In this document: piece by piece, positions 51,644-62,270 of the stretch | Layout of the letters: each line of letters opens with the position of its first letter | How positions within the stretch are numbered: position 1 is the stretch's first letter | Source: a candidate division FCPU426 bacterium | Lineage (GTDB): Bacteria > Oederibacteriota > Muellerivitia > Muellerivitales > Muellerivitaceae | DNA: 64,000 bases | Reading direction: 5' to 3' | Assembly (NCBI GenBank): GCA_963796105.1 | Contig: CAWCKJ010000003.1 | Coordinates: forward strand, 64,001 to 128,000 | Made by a program: the position numbers and the translations under genes | The notes under the pieces: model-generated | The model's database searches: none | What the model was told of the DNA's origin: nothing | What the model saw: the letters and a program-made list of their open reading frames with translations, nothing else

Positions 51644-52759
51644 ATGGTTATCCCGGATAAGCCTAAAAAAAGAAAATTCTCCAAGATCGGCGGCATCCAA
51701 TTGAGCCGCAGGACCCAGGATACCCACTTGGCCGGGTCCGAGGTCCTGATCACGCCCAAGCAGGTCCGGGCCCACCTTCCGGGATCACGCCTGGCCTATG
51801 AGACAGTCCTGAGGACCCGCAAAGAGGTGGAGGCCATCCTCGACCGCAGGGAGCGCCGCCTGATCGTGGTGGTCGGACCCTGTTCCATACACGACCCCCG
51901 AGCAGCCTATGAATACGCCTCGAAATTAAAAAGGCTTGCGGGAATGGTCCGCTCCACCCTGCTGGTGATCATGCGGGTTTATTTCGAGAAACCCCGCACC
52001 ACCGTGGGCTGGAAGGGGCTCATCAACGACCCCGACATGAACGATTCCTTCCATATCGAGAAGGGGATCCTCCTGGCCAGGCGGCTCCTGCTGAGGTTCG
52101 CCGACATGGGCCTTCCCACCTCCACCGAGGCTTTGGACCCCATCATTCCCCAGTACCTCGCGGATTTGATCAGCTGGTCCGCCATCGGGGCCCGCACGAC
52201 CGAATCGCAGACCCACCGCGAGATGGCCAGCGGCCTTTCCATGGCGGTGGGATTCAAGAACGCCACCGACGGGACCATCCAAATCGCGTTGAACGGGATC
52301 AAGGCGGCAAGGACATCCCACCATTTCCTGGGCATCAACCAGGACGGCCAGACGGCCGTCTTCAGGACCACCGGCAACTCCTACGCCCATATCGTCCTGC
52401 GGGGAGGGGACAAACCCAACTACGACCCAGCTTCCATTGCCGCCTGCGAAAAGGCCCTGAGACAGGCTGGCCTGCCCGCCAATATCGTGGTGGATTGCAG
52501 CCATGGGAACTCCAACAAGGACTACAAGCTCCAACCCAAGGCTTTCGACCAGGTCATCCGCCAAATCGAGAAGGGGAACGAATCGGTGGTGGGCTTGATG
52601 CTCGAGAGCAACCTGCATGAGGGCAGCCAGCCCCTCGTCAGGGACCGCTCCAAGCTGAAATACGGGGTTTCAATTACCGACGCCTGCATCAATTGGGTCA
52701 CGACCGAGGAACTGCTCTTGTCGGCCCATAAACGCTTGAGGAAATTGTGGAACCGTTGA
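51644..52759 (+). CDS. 3-deoxy-7-phosphoheptulonate (DAHP) synthase, class I-alpha (AroF/G/H type)
   Basis: VGPCSIHD, MRVYFEKPRTTVGWKGLINDP, AIGARTTESQTHREMASGLS, GFKN.TDG, VDCSHGNS, YGVSITDACI. Confidence 0.95.
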   Translation: MVIPDKPKKRKFSKIGGIQLSRRTQDTHLAGSEVLITPKQVRAHLPGSRLAYETVLRTRKEVEAILDRRERRLIVVVGPCSIHDPRAAYEYASKLKRLAGMVRSTLLVIMRVYFEKPRTTVGWKGLINDPDMNDSFHIEKGILLARRLLLRFADMGLPTSTEALDPIIPQYLADLISWSAIGARTTESQTHREMASGLSMAVGFKNATDGTIQIALNGIKAARTSHHFLGINQDGQTAVFRTTGNSYAHIVLRGGDKPNYDPASIAACEKALRQAGLPANIVVDCSHGNSNKDYKLQPKAFDQVIRQIEKGNESVVGLMLESNLHEGSQPLVRDRSKLKYGVSITDACINWVTTEELLLSAHKRLRKLWNR

Positions 52760-52786
52760 GCTGAGGTTCCTGCTGTTATTTTAAAC

Positions 52787-53419
52787 GTGAGGGAAAAAAT
52801 GGTTTCTTTCCCGTTTGTCCGATGCACCACCGGCTGGTTCGTCGAGCTTTACTTCCGGCCGGAGACTCCCGGGGTCGAAAACATCCCGAAAACCGGACCC
52901 TGCATCATCGCCTCCAACCACGCCAGCAACCTCGACCCCTATATGCTTGGGTACACGATCAAGGAAAGGGAGCTGTATTTCATAGCCAAAGAGGAGCTTT
53001 TTCATAACCCGATCTTCGGCTGGATCATCCGGATGAACAACGCCTTCCCGGTGAAGAGGGGCCAAAGGGACCTGGAGGCCATCCGGAAATTCCATGATTT
53101 CATCCAAACCGGGAAACCCCTGGCAATTTTCATGGAGGGGACCCGCACCCATGACGGCAACCTCCAGCCCCCCAAGAAAGGCGCGGGAAGGCTGATTTAC
53201 GACGCCAAGGCCCCCGTCATTCCCACCTATATCGAGGGGACCTACCAGTCCATGCCCCGGGGCGGTATTTTCCCAAAAAGGGCGCGAATTAAAGTCCACT
53301 ACGGTCCGCCGGTCCCCTTGGATGACCTTTTCGCGGCCCCATCCGAGAAGCCCACTTACATCCGGATCGCGGAACGGGTGATGGAGCATATCGCGAAATT
53401 AAAACCCAAAACAGCCTGA
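52787..53419 (+). CDS. plsC: 1-acyl-sn-glycerol-3-phosphate acyltransferase
   Basis: NHASNLD, AKEELF, FPVKRG, FMEGTR, PVIP. Confidence 0.88.
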   Translation: MREKMVSFPFVRCTTGWFVELYFRPETPGVENIPKTGPCIIASNHASNLDPYMLGYTIKERELYFIAKEELFHNPIFGWIIRMNNAFPVKRGQRDLEAIRKFHDFIQTGKPLAIFMEGTRTHDGNLQPPKKGAGRLIYDAKAPVIPTYIEGTYQSMPRGGIFPKRARIKVHYGPPVPLDDLFAAPSEKPTYIRIAERVMEHIAKLKPKTA

Positions 53420-53728
53420 TTTCATCCTACAGCCGTCGATCCATTCATTCCAATGCCATCCCTATCATGAACTCCTGGCGATTTCTTGACCTGATGTGGA
53501 GATTTTCCCTCGTGCCTCTAAAACGTTTTGAAAAAATCCCACCTATGCGTCTTTAAAATCAACGCGTGATTCTAGGAAAAAGCTGATCCTTTCCCTGCGC
53601 GAATAAACCCCTTTTGACCGGGAATTTAAAACGATTAAACCCTTTTTAAGGGCTGAAAAGGTACCACCAGCCATTCTCCTGGTGTAGAATAACCGCTAAA
53701 TTTCATCCCCCTGCCGGGGAGCAAGAAC

Positions 53729-55465
53729 GTGAGGAAAACCATGACGGATTCACCCATTCAAGAAATGACAATGGAAGAACTTTTAAGCTCCGAACAGCGG
53801 GTCGCCCGGGGCCAGGTAGTCACGGGCCAAATCGTGAAAATCGGGGCGGACGATATCGTGGTGGATATCGGCTACAAGACCGAGGGAATCATTCCAAGGG
53901 CCGAGTTCCTGGATATCGCCGGGGAGCTCACGGTCAAGGAGGGCGACAAGGTCGAGGTTTCTGTGGAGCGCATGTCGGATTCCAACGGGAAGATGCGCCT
54001 CTCCAAACGCAACGTGGACCGAAGCAGGGTCTGGCAGAACCTGGAGGAGACCAGCCATTCCGGGGGCGTGATCAAGGGCAGGGTGGTCAAGAAAGTAAAC
54101 GGCGGATGGCGCGTGGACATCGGTACGGTGGAAGCGTTCCTTCCGGCCAGCCAGGTTACCCTCCAAAAGGGGCCGGAGGAAGAGGACCACCTGGAGAAAA
54201 TCTACGAGTTCAAAATCATCAAGCTGGACCGGGCCCGCACCAACGTGGTGCTTTCCCGCAGGCCTGTCCTGGAAATGGCCAGGGACGAGAACCGGATCAA
54301 GAGAATCTCCGAGATCAGTCCCGGGGACATCCTTGAAGGCAAGGTGAAAAACCTGGTCAGCTACGGCGCTTTCGTTGAGTTGAGCGGGGTGGACGGCCTC
54401 CTGCATATCGCGGACCTGGACTGGGGAAGGGTCAACAAGGTCGAGGATTTCGTGAAGCCCAATACCACCATCAAGGTCATGGTGCTCCAGGTGGATAAGG
54501 AAAAAGGCAAAATTTCCTTGGGTATCAAGCAGATGACGCCTGATCCCTGGACCGACGCAGACAAGAAATACCGGGAAGGGCAGATCGTGGACGTGGAAGT
54601 GACCCACCTGGTGGATTACGGCGTTTTCCTGAAGACGGAGGACAACCTGGAAGGCTTCTGCCACATGACGGAGCTGACCTGGTCGAAGAAACCGAAAAAA
54701 CCCTCGGAGATCCTGAAGCAGGGGGAAAAGCGGCAGGCCCAGATCATCGAGATCGATTTCGAGAAGCGCAAGATCAACTTCAGCTTCAAACGCCTGGAAA
54801 AAAGCCCCTGGGAAAACGTCTCGGCCCATTATCCCATCGGCTCCAATGTCCAGGCCACCGTGACCAACACAGCCGAGTTCGGGGTTTTCCTGGAAATCGG
54901 GGAGGGCCTGGAGGGCCTCCTGCACCAATCCGACATCACCTGGGACAAGAGGGTCAAGAACCCCCAAAAGGAATACAAGGCCGGGCAGGTCCTCACGGTT
55001 AAAGTCCTGGCCATTGATACCGAGAAAAAGAGGATATCCCTGGGGTTGAGGCAGGTGGAGGGGGACCCTTGGGACAAGGTCGAGGAAAAATACCAGCCAG
55101 GCCAGGTGCTGACCGGGAAAATAGCCCGAGTCGTGGAGTTTGGGGCTTTTTTGGAGCTGGAAAAGAACATCGAGGGGCTGATCCACAAGACCGAGATATC
55201 CAACCCGCCTCCCAAAAAGACCGAGGACGCCTTAAAACCGGGGGACGAGGTGACCTTCAAAGTCGTCTCAGTCGATACAGGAAAGCGGCGGATCGGATTG
55301 AGCATCAAGGCCTTGGCGAAAGCGGCCGGTCAAAAGGATGCTAAGGAAGGCGAGGCGCCGAGCGAGGAGCATGTGATTCACCACAAGACCAACGCCTTCC
55401 AGAAGATGCTCAAAAAATTCCTCAAGAAGGTCAAGACTGAGGAAGACGATGACGACGATTATTGA
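53729..55465 (+). CDS. rpsA: 30S ribosomal protein S1
   Basis: Six S1 repeats: VDIGYKTEG, AFLPASQV, YGAFVEL.GVDGLLHI, ISLGIKQ...DPW, FGAFLEL...IEGLIH. Confidence 0.95.
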   Translation: MRKTMTDSPIQEMTMEELLSSEQRVARGQVVTGQIVKIGADDIVVDIGYKTEGIIPRAEFLDIAGELTVKEGDKVEVSVERMSDSNGKMRLSKRNVDRSRVWQNLEETSHSGGVIKGRVVKKVNGGWRVDIGTVEAFLPASQVTLQKGPEEEDHLEKIYEFKIIKLDRARTNVVLSRRPVLEMARDENRIKRISEISPGDILEGKVKNLVSYGAFVELSGVDGLLHIADLDWGRVNKVEDFVKPNTTIKVMVLQVDKEKGKISLGIKQMTPDPWTDADKKYREGQIVDVEVTHLVDYGVFLKTEDNLEGFCHMTELTWSKKPKKPSEILKQGEKRQAQIIEIDFEKRKINFSFKRLEKSPWENVSAHYPIGSNVQATVTNTAEFGVFLEIGEGLEGLLHQSDITWDKRVKNPQKEYKAGQVLTVKVLAIDTEKKRISLGLRQVEGDPWDKVEEKYQPGQVLTGKIARVVEFGAFLELEKNIEGLIHKTEISNPPPKKTEDALKPGDEVTFKVVSVDTGKRRIGLSIKALAKAAGQKDAKEGEAPSEEHVIHHKTNAFQKMLKKFLKKVKTEEDDDDDY

Positions 55466-55623
55466 ATTGGACGCTTGTTAAAAGCCGGCCGGCGCGGGTA
55501 ACCAGGATGCTTGGTTCGCGAGTGAAAGATCGTTTCGGAGGCTCGTTCTCCGCGCGTCGGCTTGGGCCGGATGGTTTGACGATGACGGTAGCAGAAATTC
55601 CCGCGAAAAGTACCCACCGTTCC

Positions 55624-58600
55624 ATGAAAATGAACAATAGAAAGACTAACGTTGAAAAAAAACGGGCCGCGATACCGCGCGGGATTTTTTTCTGCGGACT
55701 GCTTCTTCCGATTTTAATCCTTTCCATTCCCGTCATCCTCTCGGCGGCCGGCATCGAGGCTCCGAAGCCATTGGAGGAGGGGAGGGCTCTCCTGAAAGCC
55801 AGGGCCTACCACCTAGCCATGGAGCGGTTTCTCCTGGTGGAGGAAAAAAGCGAGAGTTCCCTGGAAAGGGCCATGGCCCTGAGATTCATCGGGGAAACCG
55901 AGTTCCGCGAGAAGGATTACGCGGCCGCTTACCAGGCCTACCAACAGTCCCTCCGCCTGAACCCCCTTTTTACGGGGGCCTTGGCCCTGGAGTTCAAATC
56001 CGCCGTCGCCTTGGTTTACCTCAAGAACTATCCCACGGCCGTCTCGAAGTTCCAGGAACTGGAAAAGAAGGCCTATGAGCCAAACTCCCTCTCCGACTTG
56101 TACTTTTGGGAGGCGGAATGCCATTTTCAGCTGGAGAAATACGACCTGGCGGGCGAGAAATACGGAAAGATCCTGAAGGACAATCCAGGCTATCAGTATC
56201 GGGACCTCGTGCGTTACCTCCAATCCTGGTGTTTCTTCCAGCAGGAGGATTACGACAAGGCCCTGGAAGGATTCCACCAGACCCTGGGCTCCACGGGCGA
56301 CAAGTCCCTCAAAAAACTGGCTTTGTTCCAGACCGGGGAAACCCAGTTCCGGATGGGCCGTTACTCGGACGCGGAGGGAACCTACCAGGAATTCCTGAAG
56401 AATTATCCCGATGACTTTCTAACCGTGGCGGCCCTTTACGGCCTGGGCTGGGTCTTCGGCAAGGAGGAGGACCATGAGCAAGCCGCCAAGAGTTTCGAGA
56501 AGGTCATTTCCGAATATCCCGACCACCCCCTGGCGCCCTGGGCCGCCGTAAGGGCGGGAACCGAGCAGAAGGCCCTGGGCCTTTTGGACAAGGCCCGGAA
56601 GGACTACAACTGGGGGCTGGATTCCTCCCCGGACCAATCACCGGCGGACCTGCTGGAATACGGCCTGGGATGGCTGGATTACGCGGACCAGAAATTCTCC
56701 GACGCCGGGAAACATTTTTCCGCGGTTGAGCATTTCCCCCAGGGAAGCGCCCTGAAGTGGGACGCGGCCTACCTGGAAGCGGGATGCCTTTACCAGGACG
56801 GCAAGTTCGACGAGGCCAGGGCGGATTACGGGAAGCTGAGGAGCCAGGCGCCCGCCAACCTCTCCGCAGACGCCGCCTATTGGGAAGGCTGGTGCGATTA
56901 CGCCAACGGCAAGTTCGACCTGGCTTTCGAGCAGTTCCGGCGTCTTTCCAAAACGGCACAAGGCGAGCTCCAGTCCCGGTCCCTCTGGGCGTCCGCGGAA
57001 ACGGCCTACCAGCTGCAGAAATACGATGAGGCCTCCAAGCTTTACGAGGCGGCCATGGAAAGCCATCCCTCGGCCACCATCACCCAGCAGTGCTATTCCG
57101 GCGTGGGTTGGAGCCTGTTCCAGGAGGAAAAATTCGAGGAAGCCCTGGCCCAATTCAAGAAAGCCGCACAGAAAAACCCCGATTCCCCCCTGGCGCTGGA
57201 GGCCCAGATCCGCTGCGGGGATTGTTATTACAATCTCCACGATTACGAGAAGGCACGGGAGTCCTACCAGAAGATCCTCGACGGGAAGGCCGGACCGCCC
57301 TACTCGCTCGACGCGGGGGAACAGCTGGGATGGTGCGATTACCGCCAGGAAAAATACCAGCAGGCCATCTATGACTGGGCCCTCCTCCTGAAAAAGAACG
57401 GCACCGAGGACCGACAGGCCCGCCTCACCTATTGGACCGCCTGGGCCTACTTCCGGGAAAAGAGGTTCCAGGACGCCCAGGAGGAATTCCAGAAAGTCGA
57501 GGCGGATTTTCCCAAGGACCCCCTCGCCCCCGAGGCCCATCTCCGGTCCGCCGACTGCCTTTTCAACCTCAAGAAGTTCAAGGAGGCTAAGGAAGCCTAC
57601 AAAAGCTTCCTCGCGGCTTATCCGGACCACTCGCTCCTTCCCGACGCGCTCTACGGACTGCAATGGTCCGCGGATAAGCTGGGCGAAAAGGGAGAGGTCA
57701 ACGCGGCCGCGGGGGAGTTCCTGGAAAAATTCCCCGCCAGCCGCTACGCCCCGGACGTTCAGTACCGCCTCGCGGACAGCCTGTTCCACGACCAGAAGTT
57801 CCCGCAGGCCGTCGAGGCCTTTAGGACACTCCTGAAAAAGTACCCGGACAGCACAGAGGCGCCCCGGGCCCTCTTCTGGCTGGGCGAGGCCCTCGTAAAG
57901 AACGACCAAAACGCGGAGGCTTTCCCGGTATTCCAGGAACTGCTGAAAAAGTACCCGGAGGACCCCCTGGCCCTGGAGGGGCAGTTCAGCCTGGGATCGC
58001 TGTATTTCGAGTCCAAGAACTACGCCAAGGCCCTGGAAACCTACACCCGTATTTTCCAGAACTACCCGGACCACCGCCTGGCCCCCCACTCCCTCTTCAA
58101 CAGCGCGGTCTGCGAGAACAAGATCGGGCACCCGGACAAGGCGCTCCAGGATTTCAAAATGCTCATGACGGACTATCCCCTGGATCCCCTGGCCCAGGAG
58201 GCCGGCATGAACGCCGGCATCCTGCTGGAGAACCTGGGCAAGCTGGACGAGGCCCTCAAGGCCTACGAGCTTTGCATGAAATCGCCCGACGAGAAACTCG
58301 CGGTGGAGGCGACCTACTACCACGCCGGGATTTTAAAGAAGCAGAAAAAATACGCCGACGCGGTGCAGGAATTCAACAAGATCACCCTGGATTACCGCAA
58401 GGAGAGCCAGTGGGTGCTGGTTTCCTTCGCCGCCATGGCGGAGTGCTATGAGCAATTGAAGGAGTATGACAAGGCCGCGTCCACCTACCGCCGAATCCTG
58501 AAATACACCAAGGTCAAGCAGTACACCACGGCAACCCTGAAACGCCTGAAGGCCCTGGAGCCTTTCTTGAAAAAGAAACCCAAGAAGGCCGTGAAACACC

Positions 58601-58632
58601 ATGCCGCGGCCCCGGCGGGGGATGCCCCATGA
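55624..58632 (+). CDS. Large periplasmic tetratricopeptide-repeat protein
   Basis: N-terminal hydrophobic segment; many TPRs with YP.H.LA..A.Y signatures. Start uncertain (55462-55630). Confidence 0.85.
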   Translation: MKMNNRKTNVEKKRAAIPRGIFFCGLLLPILILSIPVILSAAGIEAPKPLEEGRALLKARAYHLAMERFLLVEEKSESSLERAMALRFIGETEFREKDYAAAYQAYQQSLRLNPLFTGALALEFKSAVALVYLKNYPTAVSKFQELEKKAYEPNSLSDLYFWEAECHFQLEKYDLAGEKYGKILKDNPGYQYRDLVRYLQSWCFFQQEDYDKALEGFHQTLGSTGDKSLKKLALFQTGETQFRMGRYSDAEGTYQEFLKNYPDDFLTVAALYGLGWVFGKEEDHEQAAKSFEKVISEYPDHPLAPWAAVRAGTEQKALGLLDKARKDYNWGLDSSPDQSPADLLEYGLGWLDYADQKFSDAGKHFSAVEHFPQGSALKWDAAYLEAGCLYQDGKFDEARADYGKLRSQAPANLSADAAYWEGWCDYANGKFDLAFEQFRRLSKTAQGELQSRSLWASAETAYQLQKYDEASKLYEAAMESHPSATITQQCYSGVGWSLFQEEKFEEALAQFKKAAQKNPDSPLALEAQIRCGDCYYNLHDYEKARESYQKILDGKAGPPYSLDAGEQLGWCDYRQEKYQQAIYDWALLLKKNGTEDRQARLTYWTAWAYFREKRFQDAQEEFQKVEADFPKDPLAPEAHLRSADCLFNLKKFKEAKEAYKSFLAAYPDHSLLPDALYGLQWSADKLGEKGEVNAAAGEFLEKFPASRYAPDVQYRLADSLFHDQKFPQAVEAFRTLLKKYPDSTEAPRALFWLGEALVKNDQNAEAFPVFQELLKKYPEDPLALEGQFSLGSLYFESKNYAKALETYTRIFQNYPDHRLAPHSLFNSAVCENKIGHPDKALQDFKMLMTDYPLDPLAQEAGMNAGILLENLGKLDEALKAYELCMKSPDEKLAVEATYYHAGILKKQKKYADAVQEFNKITLDYRKESQWVLVSFAAMAECYEQLKEYDKAASTYRRILKYTKVKQYTTATLKRLKALEPFLKKKPKKAVKHHAAAPAGDAP

Positions 58633-60464
58633 ACCATTCCCGTTTTTTCCTCCTTGAGAGTCTCCTGACCCTCGGGCTTTTACTGGCAGTTCCGTCTTTT
58701 TTAACGGCGCAGAAAACGGACGCGGCCGCCGCCCCCGAGACGGAAACCATTCCCGCTGAACCGGCCTCCCTCTCACAGCCCGTGACGGCGCCGGCGGAGG
58801 GGATCCCGGGAAGCCAGGCCCCCGGCCCCGGACAAAAACCCTCCCAAGGGGAGGGGGAAAAAGCCCCTGCGCAAAGCCGCCCCACGGCGGTTCCCGAGTT
58901 CGCGCTGCCGGAGGTGGTGATTACGGGAGAGAACGAGCTGACCATCGGGGCGAACCGTTTGGACCGGAAAGAAAACGACGTGACACTGGGAACCAGGGAC
59001 TTGACCGGGTTCGAGCGGACTTTCAACGACCTTCCCGGCTTGAACAAGACCTTGACCGCCCTTTCCACCGAGGAGGCCGGCCCCTCCAAGAACACCGCGC
59101 TGGTCCTTCACTTGGGCGGAGGAATTCCTGACACTTACGGGGGATGGGGTCTTTTCGGCCAAGAATTCAAGGGACTGCAGTACCTGCTTTCGGGCTATTA
59201 CTCCAACTGGGGAGGCCAGTCCGCGGGAACGGGCCTCGACGGGGACCAGAAAGCCGGAGGGGAATTGGGATTCCAGATTTCCCCGAGGGGCTCTCCCGCG
59301 ATCAAATTGACCGCGGGATACGACAGGGTGGACGCGGAACTGCCTTATCAGAATTCCATCCGGGAACTGCATGAGGGCTGGAACTTCGGGGGAAGCCTGG
59401 ATTGGAGGCTCACCAGCCTGTTCATGGGCCAGGTGAAAATTACCTACCGGGACATATCCTTGAACTGCTTAGAACCTCGTCCACTTCCCCTTCTTCAACT
59501 CCAAACCAACAGCACCGGGGAGCTGGAAGGCGCTTTTAAGATGACAGCCGACGATATCGGCCCTTTCCTGAGCCGGTTTGTCCTGGACGCGGGGGGCCGC
59601 CACGCTTCCTCCGATTTCCCGACCGCCTGGGAGACCAGCTATGACTGGGGCTGGGCTGGTTTCCAGGCCGATTTCAAGGCGGGAGAAACCCTGGATCTCG
59701 TCGCGAAACTTCAGGCCCAGGGAGGCGGTGGATTGGACCTGCCGTTGAACCTATATCCGGTGGCGGACCTGAATTGGAGGGTCTTTGAGAGCAGCAAACT
59801 CGACCTCTACTGGAAAAGGGACCGCTACATCGACGGAATGAGCAATAATTTCCTGGGGACCGAGCACATCAGCCTATGGGGAGGTTTCCCTTCTCCCACG
59901 GAAATAACCGACGAGTGGGGCGGACGCCTGACCCAAAAGCTCAACGAGAGGTTCATCCTTTCATTGGCAGCCTCCACAGCCCTGATCAACGGATACCATG
60001 AGTGGTCGGATCTCAAACCTGGAAACCCGGATTACATCCAAACCTATTCCACGCTTAATCAGGTCCGGATTCAAAGGGCGGGGCTCGATATCCAATGGAA
60101 TTTCGCCAAGGATTACCAGGCCGCGGCTGCCTTTCAATGGACCGGATCCGAAAACACCGGGGGGGACGGGAAGAACCTGACGAACCTGCCGGCCGGCAAG
60201 GGGGTCCTCTCCATTTACCGCGGAAACGAGAAATTGGAGGCGAGGATGGAATTGGAACTTGCGTCCAGCCGCAACGCCTATGACACGGGGAGCGCGATCC
60301 TGCCGGCCTACGCGGCATTGAACCTGGACGCGGCCTACCATTGGACCAAGACCTTCTCCCTCTGGTTGAAAGGCGACAATTTAACGGGAACGGACTATGA
60401 GCTTCAGCCTGGATATTCCGAGCCCCAGTACCATCTCCGCGGAGGGGTGGAAATCATCTTCTGA
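58629..60464 (+). CDS. Outer-membrane beta-barrel, TonB-dependent-receptor-like
   Basis: Signal peptide, LPEVVITG (TonB-box-like), C-terminal LPAY..LNL.AAY...FSLWLKGDNL....Y....GY...GGVEIIF ending in Phe; ATGA overlap with the TPR gene. Confidence 0.7.
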   Translation: MNHSRFFLLESLLTLGLLLAVPSFLTAQKTDAAAAPETETIPAEPASLSQPVTAPAEGIPGSQAPGPGQKPSQGEGEKAPAQSRPTAVPEFALPEVVITGENELTIGANRLDRKENDVTLGTRDLTGFERTFNDLPGLNKTLTALSTEEAGPSKNTALVLHLGGGIPDTYGGWGLFGQEFKGLQYLLSGYYSNWGGQSAGTGLDGDQKAGGELGFQISPRGSPAIKLTAGYDRVDAELPYQNSIRELHEGWNFGGSLDWRLTSLFMGQVKITYRDISLNCLEPRPLPLLQLQTNSTGELEGAFKMTADDIGPFLSRFVLDAGGRHASSDFPTAWETSYDWGWAGFQADFKAGETLDLVAKLQAQGGGGLDLPLNLYPVADLNWRVFESSKLDLYWKRDRYIDGMSNNFLGTEHISLWGGFPSPTEITDEWGGRLTQKLNERFILSLAASTALINGYHEWSDLKPGNPDYIQTYSTLNQVRIQRAGLDIQWNFAKDYQAAAAFQWTGSENTGGDGKNLTNLPAGKGVLSIYRGNEKLEARMELELASSRNAYDTGSAILPAYAALNLDAAYHWTKTFSLWLKGDNLTGTDYELQPGYSEPQYHLRGGVEIIF

Positions 60465-60518
60465 GTTTATCGAGCCTGATTTGAAAAAAAGAGAACGGCT
60501 GGGTGTAAGGTCCGACTT

Positions 60519-60878
60519 TTAAGGGACTGCCGTGACGGGGGATTTGGCCTCGGTACCTTCAGTGGGGAGTCCCGCTTCCGACCATTCCAGGATGCCTCCG
60601 GGATAGTTCTCCGCCTGCATGCCTTGCTCCTTCAATACCACGGCAGCGTTGTGGCTCGACAGGGAATCCGACCGGCTGGCGCCGTAGGTGATGAAGAACC
60701 TTCCCTTGCCGTATTTTTTCTCAACGGCCAGCACGAAGCTCCGGACATTCTGCCCGAAGGCGATGAAGTCCGATCCCTTGATGTGGAGTTTCTCAAAATC
60801 GCTTTTGGGAAGGACGCCCAACAGCACCGTGTTGGCGTTTTTGAGTTTTTTTAAAACTGTTTCCTTCGACATGGCCAT
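60519..60878 (-). CDS. Rhodanese-like domain protein
   Basis: F...HIKGS, YPGGILEW.EAGLP; the catalytic Cys position reads YGA. Confidence 0.75.
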   Translation of the reverse strand: MAMSKETVLKKLKNANTVLLGVLPKSDFEKLHIKGSDFIAFGQNVRSFVLAVEKKYGKGRFFITYGASRSDSLSSHNAAVVLKEQGMQAENYPGGILEWSEAGLPTEGTEAKSPVTAVP

Positions 60879-61126
60879 GCTCCGCCTCTTTCCCCAACCC
60901 TCACCCCAATGATTCTAGACCTTTGCGGGGAAATTAGCAGAAGAAAGAGAAAATAAATATGCGTGTCGGGCGGGCCAATAGGCCGGGTTTTCCCGATTTG
61001 AGCCGGAGGGATCCAACCCGGTCCAGGGTACGGAGGGGTCAGGTTTACCCTGGAGCGTTATGCGGTGGTTGTGCTACCCTTGACGGGTTGGTATAGGCCT
61101 TTCGTTTTAATTTCCGGGAGGGTTCA

Positions 61127-61741
61127 ATGGCGCAAGATTTTTCTCTTTTCGAGGTGATCTCAAAGGGCGGGTGGACCATCGGCTTTTTGTTCCTCATGTC
61201 GATCGTGGTGTTCGCCGTTCTTTTCGAGAGGCTGAGCTTTTACCGCAAAAACCTGAGGGGGCGCGAGGAGGTCCTGGCGGGCCTGGAATCCTTCCTCAAC
61301 AAGGGCAACCTTCACGAGAGCCTCGAAGCCTGCGACCGGGACGGGACATTCCTGGCCAAGGTGGTCCAGGCGGGATTGAGGGCGAAACTGGAGAAGACAG
61401 GGCCCTCGGAATGCATGGAACGGGAGGCCAAGATACAGCTTTTAAGGCTGGAAAAACGCCTGCCCCTCCTGGCGACCATCGGAAGCACCGCCCCCTTCGT
61501 GGGATTGTTCGGGACCGTCCTGGGAATCATCAGGGCCTTCCGCGATTTGGCCGCCGCCAACAGCGGGGGAGCCGCGGTGGTGTCCCAAGGGATCGCCGAG
61601 GCCCTGGTGGCCACGGCCTCCGGACTCTTCGTGGCCATCACCGCCGTGTTCATCTATAACTGGTTCCAAAGCAAGATCAACGCCATGGCGCTGGAGGCGG
61701 AAATCGTGGTCTCGGAAATAGCCGAAAGGCTGGGGGCCTGA
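61127..61741 (+). CDS. exbB: MotA/TolQ/ExbB proton channel protein
   Basis: LATIGSTAPFVGLFGTVLGII.AF, GIAEALVATA.GL.VAI. Confidence 0.9.
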   Translation: MAQDFSLFEVISKGGWTIGFLFLMSIVVFAVLFERLSFYRKNLRGREEVLAGLESFLNKGNLHESLEACDRDGTFLAKVVQAGLRAKLEKTGPSECMEREAKIQLLRLEKRLPLLATIGSTAPFVGLFGTVLGIIRAFRDLAAANSGGAAVVSQGIAEALVATASGLFVAITAVFIYNWFQSKINAMALEAEIVVSEIAERLGA

Positions 61742-61744
61742 GAC

Positions 61745-62221
61745 ATGGAATCCCGCCTCAGGCCCAAGGCCAAGCTGATGTCCGAGATCAACATGGTGCC
61801 TTTCACCGACGTGGTTCTGGTTTTGCTGGTGATCTTCATGGTCACCACCCCTTTCCTGTTCCAAGGCGCCTTCCAGGTGAAGCTTCCCAAAGTGGCGGCG
61901 CCTTCCCCGAATCTGCCTGAAACCTTCACCATCACGATCGCCCAGGGGGACAAGGTTTACGTCAACGACAAGGAAACCAGCATGGACGACCTCCAGGGCA
62001 AGTTGAAGGATTTGATCGCCCGGAAACCCGGATCCCTGGTCATGATTAACGCCGACAAAAACGTGTCCCACGGGACGGTCATGGGCGTCATGTCGGAGGC
62101 TTACCAGGCTGGAATCACAAAGGTGGGGGTGGCTGTCGAGATCGCGAATAACCCGGGGGCGCCCGTTACCGCGGGTATTCCACCAGCCAATAGGGCCCAA
62201 GCCCCCGTATCCGTGAAGTAA
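61745..62221 (+). CDS. exbD: ExbD/TolR biopolymer transport protein
   Basis: EINMVPFTDVVLVLLVIFMVTTP, V.LP, INADK.V.HG.V..VM. Confidence 0.92.
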   Translation: MESRLRPKAKLMSEINMVPFTDVVLVLLVIFMVTTPFLFQGAFQVKLPKVAAPSPNLPETFTITIAQGDKVYVNDKETSMDDLQGKLKDLIARKPGSLVMINADKNVSHGTVMGVMSEAYQAGITKVGVAVEIANNPGAPVTAGIPPANRAQAPVSVK

Positions 62222-62270
62222 CAGCTGTTCAATCAGCCGGGAACCGGCTTGATTTCATGAGGAATGACAG

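Noticed and set aside
53783..58323. Long minus-strand ORFs (467 aa and 561 aa)
   Set aside because: Antisense shadows of rpsA and the TPR gene caused by codon bias.
60960..61060. GC-rich hairpins upstream of exbB (TCCAGGGTA/TACCCTGGA)
   Set aside because: A single stem with no riboswitch consensus, compatible with chance in GC-rich DNA.
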